Positions 41,833 through 49,660 of a stretch of DNA of 64,000 nt are shown in pieces. Under the pieces are notes generated by a model that made no database searches, was not told the DNA's origin, and saw only the letters and a list, made by a program, of their open reading frames with translations. Each line of letters starts with the position of its first letter. Positions within the stretch are counted from its first letter, which is position 1. Position numbers and translations under genes: made by a program. The stretch is from an uncultured Bacteroidales bacterium (GTDB lineage: Bacteria > Bacteroidota > Bacteroidia > Bacteroidales > UBA3663). The stretch is from assembly GCA_902770595.1 (NCBI GenBank), contig CACXTQ010000004.1, positions 3,445 to 67,444 of the forward strand. The letters run 5' to 3'.

Positions 41833-43532
41833 CGCGCCCCCGTTCCGTTCATAATACCATCGCAACGCTACTATGGCTACTGGCCATAGTAGCGCTGTCT
41901 GCGTCTTCAGCAGTGGCTTCTGACAGTTTGCAGACGTCCTGTCCTCTCCTACCGTTGCATGCCCAGCGCCTGCCGGACATGAACCTGCCGCGTGCGGGTT
42001 ATAGTGTCTTCTGTATTAACGGAGAAATCACTGTTGTAGGAGGTCACACCGATGGTTTTGTTCCAACAGCCACGGCTGAATATTACAAGGATGGAGCCTG
42101 GCACCTCCTGTCGACTGCCTACGAACACGACAATGGCTTTGCAGTCGTTCTCTCGTCGGGCAAGGCACTCATCGCTGGTGGCCACGAGAAGCATCTGGGC
42201 ATTGGTCAGACCTTTGTGGCCGAAATGTACGATCCCACAACGCATAGCTTCGAAGGCTTCGGATGCCTAGACACCAAACGCAGTCTCGCCAGTGCCATCG
42301 AGATGGACAGTGGACACGTGGTGATAGCAGGTAATCATTATACCGACGATGCCATCGAATGCTTCGATGGGCAAAAGAACTTTACTTATTTAAAGGATGT
42401 TTCAGCAGGACGATGCCGTCCCTACATTCTCCGAATTGCCAATAACGATGCCCTCGTCTTCGGAGCCTTCGACACAAAGGACAAGCCTCTTCCTGAACCC
42501 TCTTTGATTGACCGTATTAAGGGCGAACCTTTCCGTGAGCCTTTGCTCGACACCTGGCATCCGCTCGGCTTTGAAGGGTTGGACCCCAACGCCATTAGTT
42601 TCATTGGTGACGAACAGGCTTGCGATTATCGCCATCTGCTGGCTGCATGCAACGACGAAGGGCAAATGGCCATCATTCAGGTTTGCGACACAATCTTCTC
42701 CATCCTCCCCACCGATGTACCCATTCCTATGGAAAGCTCGTGGGGCAAGATTCTTTATTTCAGCCCACTCATTGTCGACAGGATGGAGCAAAAGGGTTAC
42801 ATCCTGGGCGTTGACAACGACAAGCGTTTCTATGCGCTTTGCATCAATTACAGCACAGTTTCCGACAGTACTCCAGCCTCTCTTACACTCTATTACACCG
42901 ACCCGTTGACCGATGCCGGAACTGCTTCCCCTATCCTGACTCCCGAGGGCAACATCTTGCTAGCGGGTGGCATCACTGATTCCAACTTCTATCCCTATCG
43001 AACAGTGTACCTGCTGCCCTTAGGGCGACAAGTGGAGGGGGCATCCTCTCCTGGTGGACTCAAGCCCTACGACGTGGCAGGATACGTCTGCCTGGTGATT
43101 TTCATGCTGCTCTTTCTCAATTGGTTGCGAGTGCGACGCAAACAAGGCCACACTTCACCCGATACTCCTCAGGGTGGCAACGCTGCACCAGCTCCAAACG
43201 CCTCACGACTGATGGAGCAGATTCATCAGGCGATGGTCGAACAAAAGCTCTATTTGAACAATGACCTGAAGCTAACCGACGTCGCCGCCCTCCTCGACAC
43301 CACGCCCCGCAACATCGCCGAATACATCAGGGAATGCGAGAATTGCTCGTTCACCCAACTGGTCAACAATTACCGCATCGAGCACGCTAAACGTCTCCTC
43401 GTCGAGCAGCCCGACAAGAAACTGATGAACGTCGCCATCGAATCAGGGTTTGCCAACGAGACCTCCTTCTTCCGCACCTTCAAGTCGGTCACTGGTATGA
43501 CACCACGCGAATGGACGGCCCAAAAGAAGTAA
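41829..43532 (+). CDS. Transmembrane one-component regulator: periplasmic Kelch/beta-propeller domain, TM segment, cytoplasmic AraC-type HTH
   Basis: The ATG at 41829 overlaps the MFS stop (ATGA). Signal peptide; repeated GGH...G motifs (VVGGHTDGF, LIAGGHEKHLG, VIAGNHY); TM segment YVCLVIFMLLFLNWL; C-terminus AIESGFANETSFFRTFKSVTGMTPREW (AraC HTH). Confidence 0.75.
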   Translation: MTRPRSVHNTIATLLWLLAIVALSASSAVASDSLQTSCPLLPLHAQRLPDMNLPRAGYSVFCINGEITVVGGHTDGFVPTATAEYYKDGAWHLLSTAYEHDNGFAVVLSSGKALIAGGHEKHLGIGQTFVAEMYDPTTHSFEGFGCLDTKRSLASAIEMDSGHVVIAGNHYTDDAIECFDGQKNFTYLKDVSAGRCRPYILRIANNDALVFGAFDTKDKPLPEPSLIDRIKGEPFREPLLDTWHPLGFEGLDPNAISFIGDEQACDYRHLLAACNDEGQMAIIQVCDTIFSILPTDVPIPMESSWGKILYFSPLIVDRMEQKGYILGVDNDKRFYALCINYSTVSDSTPASLTLYYTDPLTDAGTASPILTPEGNILLAGGITDSNFYPYRTVYLLPLGRQVEGASSPGGLKPYDVAGYVCLVIFMLLFLNWLRVRRKQGHTSPDTPQGGNAAPAPNASRLMEQIHQAMVEQKLYLNNDLKLTDVAALLDTTPRNIAEYIRECENCSFTQLVNNYRIEHAKRLLVEQPDKKLMNVAIESGFANETSFFRTFKSVTGMTPREWTAQKK

Positions 43533-43566
43533 CTGCGTCCCTCCTTTTTTGTACGAATATACCACC

Positions 43567-43605
43567 AAAAGACTAACAATTTCTGCATTGTTAGTCTTTT
43601 TTCAT
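43567..43605 (+). terminator. Rho-independent terminator after the AraC-type gene
   Basis: AAAAGACTAACAAT-TTCTGC-ATTGTTAGTCTTTT (perfect 14-bp stem), then a T-run. Confidence 0.8.
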
Positions 43606-43636
43606 TTTTTGTAAGTCCATTTTGTCCGTTATTGGC

Positions 43637-43644
43637 TATATTTG
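43637..43644 (+). promoter_or_regulatory. -7 promoter box (TATATTTG)
   Basis: TAnnTTTG match 53 nt upstream of the ATG at 43698. Confidence 0.5.
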
Positions 43645-43697
43645 CACCATATTTCACATCAATTAGCTCACTTACTTCACCCCCAAAACACTATTGT

Positions 43698-46600
43698 ATG
43701 AAAAACATCTATCTCTATTTGCTTGCGCTTCTGTCGCTCGCAGGTCCCGGCATCGCCACGGCACAGACTCTGGAGAACGGCGATGTGAAGACGGGACGCT
43801 TCACCGAAACACAACACGAAGCATGGTACACCCTCACTCTCCAGACCGAAGGTGATGCCTCCATCGCCGTCAATTCGGTCAGCAACGTCCGTATCGATGG
43901 ACTCGACCTCTATGCAGAGTACAATGGCGAAAATCATTGGCGCACCGGCTCTGTGTGGATCGAAGGTGGACGCATTCTCACCTGCGCCGATATGGGCATT
44001 GGCACCTACAAGGTGAAGGTGACCGGCCGACCCACCAACAACGCCACAAGCGGTACCTTCCAAATCACCTGCTTGCTGAGCCAGCCTTCTTACAAAAGCG
44101 ACCCGGAACCCAACGGCACCTGGCAACAGGCAGCCTTCCTGACTCAAGGCGTAACAATGCCCGGTCGAATGGGCTATCAATTCTATAACGACCGCGACAA
44201 CACCGATTGGTTCCGTCTCGAGGTGCCCGAGGACGGCAAACTCACTTTCGAGACCAAGAGCGACCAATCCCTGCGTTTGGGCAGCCTCAATCTCTACACA
44301 CTCAATGCCGATGGGGCCGACGTTTCGTGGCGCACTTCGAAGGATATGGATGGCTATGGCCGCGACACCACCATCGTATTCGAAATCCCCAATGTATCGG
44401 CAGGCACCTACTACGTCCGGCAGGATCGCTACACGGGCGTCGGCAGCTACCAGTTGATCTATTACTTTACCTCGCACAGCCTCAACGCCGATCCCGAACC
44501 AAATGGCACTTGGAAAGAGGCCATCGAACTGAATGCCGGACCTTCGGTCAGCGGACAGTTAGGCTACGACTACCAGAACTCGACCGATGGTGTCGATTGG
44601 TACAAGATCGAAGTTCCCGACGAAGGAACTGTCATTCTCAACACCTCTTCCGAGACTACCTTGCGTCTGGGCAGCCTGAATCTCTATACCTACAATGCTG
44701 ACCAGAGCGACGTTTCGTGGCGCACTTCGAAGGATATGGACGGCTATGCCAAGGACACCACCGTCTTCTTCACCATCGTCGATTGTGCTGCTGGTACCTA
44801 TTTCCTGCGTCTCGACCGCTACACAGGCTATGGCACCTACACGCTCAAATACACCTTCAATGCCAACAGCCATCAGAAGGACCCCGAGCCCAACAACGAT
44901 TGGACAAAGGTTTCCGAAATCAAACTTGGAACCACCCAGCAGGGACGTTTGGGATACTTCTACTACAACGACCGCGACGGTGTGGATTGGTACAAAGTCG
45001 AAATTCCCGACGAGGGAACTCTGGCACTTACCACCACCTCCGAAACTACCCTACGTCTCGGCAGTCTCAACCTTTACACCTACAATGCTGAACGAACCGA
45101 CGTCTCGTGGCGCACCTCGAAAGATATGGATGGATATTCCAAGGATACCACCGTCGTCTTCACCATTTCCGATCTTGCTCCAGGTACTTACTTCCTCCGT
45201 CAAGACCGTTACACCGGACAAGGAGGCTACAAGCTGAAGGTTGAGTTCACGCCTAATCCCTATGGCCCCGATTCGTTCGACAACAACGCATGGGACAAGG
45301 CCACAGAAATTACTTCGGGCATCACTCAGCAAGGTCGTTTGGGATACTTCTACTACAATGACCGCGACGGTGTGGATTGGTACCGATTCGAGATATCAGC
45401 CGATGGCGAGGCTGTTTTTACCACCACTTCCGAGACCACGTTGCGTCTGGGCAGCCTCAATCTCTATACCTACAACGGCGAACGCACCGACGTATCGTGG
45501 CGCACCTCCAAGGATATGGACGGATACTCCAAGGACACCACCGTAATCTTCATCATCTCCGACCTCGCTCCAGGCACCTACTTCCTCCGCCAGGACCGTT
45601 ACACTGGTCAAGGTGGCTATGCCCTCACCTATCGCTTCAACCCGAACCCCTATTGGCGCGAAAGAATCGACAACAACAAGTTCGATGGCCGTCTGGAGCT
45701 GAAGAAGGGGAAGACCGTCTATACGACGCTGGGCTTCTTCTATTACAACGACCGCAATACCGAAGACTGGTATGATCTGGGCACCTTTAACCGTGACATC
45801 ATCGACATCACCATCTGTCCCGACACTACCCATTCGCTCAATATGAGCAATGTCGATTGGTATCGTTGGGATGGAACCTACAACGACAACGGCTCGCCAC
45901 GCCTCTCGTGGATCAAGGGCGACCGTATCGAACGCAGCCGCATCACCTCTTCCTATTATAACAATACCGACGAGGAAACCCACCTCATCCTGAAAGTGAG
46001 TCGCTACACCGGTCAGGGTGGTTACTCCATTGTGATGGGCGAAGACGAGGAGGAAGTGGCAGCACGCGGTCCCGTCTATGCCAACTATCTGGGTCTGCAT
46101 ATCATTGTCGGTGGACGCAATACAGTGCGCAAGGGCGTGGCCTGTTACAACCCCATCACCATCTGCAACACGAGCAATGTGCGCACAATGCCAGCTGCAC
46201 TGGTCATCTCCGCTTCGAGCGACATCAACATCCTCGGCTTCGAGATGCCAGGCGATCTGGGCACCACCTATCTGCCTGCCGACAGCGTCCTCGTCGAGGG
46301 CGAAGACTGCGAGGGAACAGCCGTCTTCATCGTGCCTGGTCTTGATCCATGGCAGTTCTACACCTTCAACCTCATCAGCGAAGGTGTGGGCGACATCAAC
46401 TTCATTCCCGTTCGTCCTGGCGAAGATGTTGCTGAGAGGATTCGTGCCTTCGAACCCTTCACCACCGCCATTGTCGTGGGCTTCGTAGTCGATTGCGCTT
46501 GGGACATTGTCCAGGACCAGCTCGGCATCGACCATTTCGTCTCACGTACCGCTGGAGAAGTGCTTGCCCTCAACGAGCAGGAGGAACGGCAGTACTGCAA

Positions 46601-47738
46601 GTTCCTCAACCTCACCTACGAGCAGTATCACGGCGAACAGCCTGGCGTGGCAGCCTACACCGCCAAGTCGGTCATCAAGACCGCCTGTGTCAAGGGCATC
46701 GAAAAGATACCCGTCATCGGCACAACCATAAAGGCTGTAGGAAGCGCAATCGAAATCATGCAGAACATCGTGCCTAACCTCCGTCGCCGTCTGTGGTACT
46801 GGATCTACAAGGATCTGGGCTACATCAAGGACGACCTCGAAGTGAGGGATGGCAAGCAGCCCATCAACGGCGTCGTAACCTCGTGGGATCCCAACGAGAT
46901 GTGTGGTCCGCAGGGTGTGGGCGAACAGCACTACATCGCTGGCGAACAAACCATTGGCTACACCATTATGTTCGAAAACAAGGCCGAAGCTGGCGATGCC
47001 GCCTATCGTGTGCGCATCAGCGACGTCCTCGACGAGGAAGTCTTCGACGTAAGCACAGTTAAGTTCGGAGGCACCAGTCACGATGGCGTGGGCTACAACT
47101 GGAAGATGACACGCGAGGGCAACAAGCTGTCGTGGGACATCGAGGGCATCGAGTTGCCACCCAATGTCAACGCTCCTGAGGGCGAAGGCTTCGTCACCTT
47201 CACCGTGGGCCTCAAGCCGGGTCTGCCCGATGGCACTGTCATCAGCAACAAGGCCGAAATCATCTTCGACAAGAACTTCCCGATCGAGACCAACGTGTAC
47301 ACCAACACGCTCGACCTCACGGCTCCTGTCACCACCATGTCTGAGGCCAACTACGACACCGCCAACCAGCTCATCGCCATCAATTGCAGTTCCTACGATG
47401 CTGCTTCGGGTGTCGATAGTTACCAGCTCTTCGTCTCGAAGGATGGCGGCAACTACACCTGCGCTGGTCAGTTCCCCGACCAGGTATTCTACAGCGTACC
47501 TGCAGGCGATGGCGCAACCTATAGCTTCTATGTGCTTGCCATCGACCGTGTGGGCAATGCCGAGGTCATCATCCCCGATGCCATCCCGTTCACCAACGGC
47601 ATCCGCATCATTCGCGCCGACGATCCCTCACTCATCCGTCGCATCTACACCCTCGACGGCAAGTATCTGGGCGACGACGTCAGCACCCTCCCCTCCGGCA
47701 TCTACATTCAAGGTGGCAAGAAACTGATTGTGAAATAA
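43698..47738 (+). CDS. Large T9SS cargo protein: six tandem pre-peptidase C-terminal (PPC)-like domains, an unassigned central module, Ig-like/DUF region, and a T9SS CTD
   Basis: The ATG at 43698 gives the signal peptide MKNIYLYLLALLSLAGPGIATAQ. Repeated DPEPNG.W..A..L......G.LGY..YND.D.VDWY...VP.EG... units; SWDPNEMCGPQG motif; tail IYTLDGKYLGDDVSTLPSGIYIQGGKKLIVK. Confidence 0.75.
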   Translation: MKNIYLYLLALLSLAGPGIATAQTLENGDVKTGRFTETQHEAWYTLTLQTEGDASIAVNSVSNVRIDGLDLYAEYNGENHWRTGSVWIEGGRILTCADMGIGTYKVKVTGRPTNNATSGTFQITCLLSQPSYKSDPEPNGTWQQAAFLTQGVTMPGRMGYQFYNDRDNTDWFRLEVPEDGKLTFETKSDQSLRLGSLNLYTLNADGADVSWRTSKDMDGYGRDTTIVFEIPNVSAGTYYVRQDRYTGVGSYQLIYYFTSHSLNADPEPNGTWKEAIELNAGPSVSGQLGYDYQNSTDGVDWYKIEVPDEGTVILNTSSETTLRLGSLNLYTYNADQSDVSWRTSKDMDGYAKDTTVFFTIVDCAAGTYFLRLDRYTGYGTYTLKYTFNANSHQKDPEPNNDWTKVSEIKLGTTQQGRLGYFYYNDRDGVDWYKVEIPDEGTLALTTTSETTLRLGSLNLYTYNAERTDVSWRTSKDMDGYSKDTTVVFTISDLAPGTYFLRQDRYTGQGGYKLKVEFTPNPYGPDSFDNNAWDKATEITSGITQQGRLGYFYYNDRDGVDWYRFEISADGEAVFTTTSETTLRLGSLNLYTYNGERTDVSWRTSKDMDGYSKDTTVIFIISDLAPGTYFLRQDRYTGQGGYALTYRFNPNPYWRERIDNNKFDGRLELKKGKTVYTTLGFFYYNDRNTEDWYDLGTFNRDIIDITICPDTTHSLNMSNVDWYRWDGTYNDNGSPRLSWIKGDRIERSRITSSYYNNTDEETHLILKVSRYTGQGGYSIVMGEDEEEVAARGPVYANYLGLHIIVGGRNTVRKGVACYNPITICNTSNVRTMPAALVISASSDINILGFEMPGDLGTTYLPADSVLVEGEDCEGTAVFIVPGLDPWQFYTFNLISEGVGDINFIPVRPGEDVAERIRAFEPFTTAIVVGFVVDCAWDIVQDQLGIDHFVSRTAGEVLALNEQEERQYCKFLNLTYEQYHGEQPGVAAYTAKSVIKTACVKGIEKIPVIGTTIKAVGSAIEIMQNIVPNLRRRLWYWIYKDLGYIKDDLEVRDGKQPINGVVTSWDPNEMCGPQGVGEQHYIAGEQTIGYTIMFENKAEAGDAAYRVRISDVLDEEVFDVSTVKFGGTSHDGVGYNWKMTREGNKLSWDIEGIELPPNVNAPEGEGFVTFTVGLKPGLPDGTVISNKAEIIFDKNFPIETNVYTNTLDLTAPVTTMSEANYDTANQLIAINCSSYDAASGVDSYQLFVSKDGGNYTCAGQFPDQVFYSVPAGDGATYSFYVLAIDRVGNAEVIIPDAIPFTNGIRIIRADDPSLIRRIYTLDGKYLGDDVSTLPSGIYIQGGKKLIVK
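44100..46049 (+). repeat. In-frame tandem repeat with an exact 390-bp period (units start at 44100, 44490, 44880, 45270, 45660; the last is divergent)
   Basis: The unit starts were located by the recurring GAYCCNGARCCNAAY / GAT TCG TTC GAC AAC AAC codons. Each unit is one PPC-like domain of 130 aa. Confidence 0.85.
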
Positions 47739-47910
47739 ACCTATCATCATACCATAAAAACATGGGGGATGTGCCTTGCGAGGCATATCCTCCTTTTTAT
47801 CATCCTTATCTATCATCAATTTTTATCACCTCCATCTGCCATCTCAACCCTTTTCTTCCCTCTTTCCAAGGAAACGTTGTCAAAATATACTCCTTTTCGC
47901 AAATTTTGCG

Positions 47911-47918
47911 TATATTTG
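47911..47918 (+). promoter_or_regulatory. -7 promoter box (TATATTTG)
   Basis: TAnnTTTG match 52 nt upstream of the ATG at 47971. Confidence 0.5.
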
Positions 47919-47932
47919 CACCGAACCAAACA

Positions 47933-47964
47933 AATTGTTATTTGTTAATTGTTAATTATTATTT
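47933..47964 (+). repeat. (AATTGTT)n leader array 5' of the DjlA-like gene
   Basis: AATTGTTATTTGTTAATTGTTAATTATTATTTG lies between the -7 box and the ATG, in the same orientation relative to the gene as the other three copies. Confidence 0.8.
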
Positions 47965-47970
47965 GAATAT

Positions 47971-48792
47971 ATGGCATTCGCAAAATGGATAGGAGCCTTC
48001 CTCGGCCTGCTCTCAGGAGGCGCCTTTGGAGCAATCGCAGGCTACGCCCTCGGCTACATCGTCGACGACTTCATCAGCAACGGAAACCAACTCACCTCTG
48101 GCGAACAGGAACCCTTTTCGCAGCAGAGGCGCACCACCTACACCCGTCGCACCACCCAGTCTCAGCGTGGCACCCAGCAGGAAGGCGAGCGCAACAGTTA
48201 CCTCTTCTCCCTGCTTCTCCTCTCGTCTCACATCATCATAGCCGACCAGAAGATCATGCATTCCGAGATGGAATATGTGCGCCGCACCCTGCGCAACAAC
48301 TTCGGCACTGCGGCAGAAAGCCAGGGAAACGAGATCCTGCTTCGTCTCTTCGAACGTCACAAGCAACTTGGCACAGCATTGTGGACCGAGCAGATACGCC
48401 AATGCTGCTACCAGATGGTAGGTGCCATGAGCGTCGAAGAGCGCCTCCAGCTCCTTGCCTTCCTCTGCGAAATCGCCAAGGCCGATGGCTCGGTGGTACA
48501 GGTCGAGGTCGATCGAATCCGCTCGATAGCCAATTGGCTCAGCATCAATGTTGACGAAGTGGACAAGCTTCTCCATCTCGGCTCCAACAAGATTGAAGAT
48601 GCCTACAAGGTGCTTGGCGTCTCTCCCGATGCCACCGACGACGAAGTGAAGAAGGCCTATCGCAAGATGGCCCTCCAGTATCATCCCGACAAGGTTTCCA
48701 CCCTCGGTGATGACGTCAAGGCTGCCGCCGAAAAGAAGTTCAAGGAAATCAACGCCGCCAAGGAACTCATCTGGGCTGCTCGTGGCCTATAA
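47971..48792 (+). CDS. DjlA-like co-chaperone: N-terminal TM segment, TerB-like domain, C-terminal J domain
   Basis: [31 protein letters not shown] (TM segment); central TerB-like repeats; C-terminus [31 protein letters not shown] (J domain with HPD). Confidence 0.75.
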   Translation: MAFAKWIGAFLGLLSGGAFGAIAGYALGYIVDDFISNGNQLTSGEQEPFSQQRRTTYTRRTTQSQRGTQQEGERNSYLFSLLLLSSHIIIADQKIMHSEMEYVRRTLRNNFGTAAESQGNEILLRLFERHKQLGTALWTEQIRQCCYQMVGAMSVEERLQLLAFLCEIAKADGSVVQVEVDRIRSIANWLSINVDEVDKLLHLGSNKIEDAYKVLGVSPDATDDEVKKAYRKMALQYHPDKVSTLGDDVKAAAEKKFKEINAAKELIWAARGL

Positions 48793-48818
48793 CCTGCCCC
48801 TTCCCTTTTGTTTCCGTC

Positions 48819-48836
48819 GCGGCCATGTTTGGCCGC
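48819..48836. other. Small GC hairpin GCGGCC-ATGTTT-GGCCGC between the djlA-like gene and cutC
   Basis: Read directly. It is related to the hairpins at 40161-40181 and 49589-49608. Confidence 0.6.
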
Positions 48837-48846
48837 AAATCACGCC

Positions 48847-49527
48847 ATGCGAACCCTCGAAATATGCGCCGGCGACCTCGCCAGCGCGCTTGCAGCCGCT
48901 CAAGGCGGTGCCCAACGTATCGAACTCTGTTCTGCCCTCCAACTTGACGGGCTTACTCCCTCGGCCGAAACGATCGAGGGCGCTCGTCGTATCGAGGGCC
49001 TGAAACTCCACGTCCTCATCCGTCCGCGCGAAGGCGATTTTGTCTATGACGAAGCTGAGGCCAAAACGATGCTCCGCGACATCCACCTTGCCCACCGACT
49101 CGGTGCCGATGGCGTAGTTATCGGTGCATTGACCTCCGATGGCGACATCGACAACCCTCTTTGCCGCCGTCTCGTTGATGCCGCCCAAGGTATGCAGGTC
49201 ACCTTCCACCGCGCCTTCGACCATACCCGCGACCCTTATCAAGCCCTCGAAAACATCATCGCCCTGGGCTGCACGCGTATCCTCACCTCCGGACAAGCCC
49301 CCACGGCCGAAGCCGGCATCCCCCTGCTTCGCCAACTCGTCCTTCAGGCCAATGGCCGCATCATCATCATGCCCGGTGCTGGCGTCACACCCACTAATGC
49401 TCGCTGCATCCTTGACGCCACTGGTGCCACCGAGATCCACGGCTCCCTCCGTTCCCTACACAACGGACTCCTCATCACCGACCCCAGCCTCGTCCACCAA
49501 ACCGTTCTCGCCATCAACCAGTCTTAG
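48847..49527 (+). CDS. cutC: Copper homeostasis protein CutC family
   Basis: The ATG at 48847 gives MRTLEICAGDLASALAAAQGGAQRIELCSALQLDGLTPS, the conserved CutC N-terminus. Confidence 0.8.
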   Translation: MRTLEICAGDLASALAAAQGGAQRIELCSALQLDGLTPSAETIEGARRIEGLKLHVLIRPREGDFVYDEAEAKTMLRDIHLAHRLGADGVVIGALTSDGDIDNPLCRRLVDAAQGMQVTFHRAFDHTRDPYQALENIIALGCTRILTSGQAPTAEAGIPLLRQLVLQANGRIIIMPGAGVTPTNARCILDATGATEIHGSLRSLHNGLLITDPSLVHQTVLAINQS

Positions 49528-49588
49528 CCCCCTCTAATCCCAAGACCCCGTGTCCCAAGCCTCCCTCGTCTCCCCATTTGTCCTTGTC

Positions 49589-49608
49589 AGCAGCCATGTT
49601 TGGCTGCT
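49589..49608. other. Small hairpin AGCAGCC-ATGTTT-GGCTGCT downstream of cutC
   Basis: Read directly. It has the same ATGTTT loop as 48819-48836. Confidence 0.55.
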
Positions 49609-49660
49609 CCCATCTCCCCCCTTTTCAGCAAGCAGCGGTTGAACCGCTGCCCCCATTAAC

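Noticed and set aside
43551-43558. Third copy of the GTACGAA motif (GTACGAAT) downstream of the AraC-type gene
   Set aside because: This is a single copy with a mismatch and no partner 21 bp away. It sits just before a terminator rather than at promoter distance, so it is not counted as an operator site.
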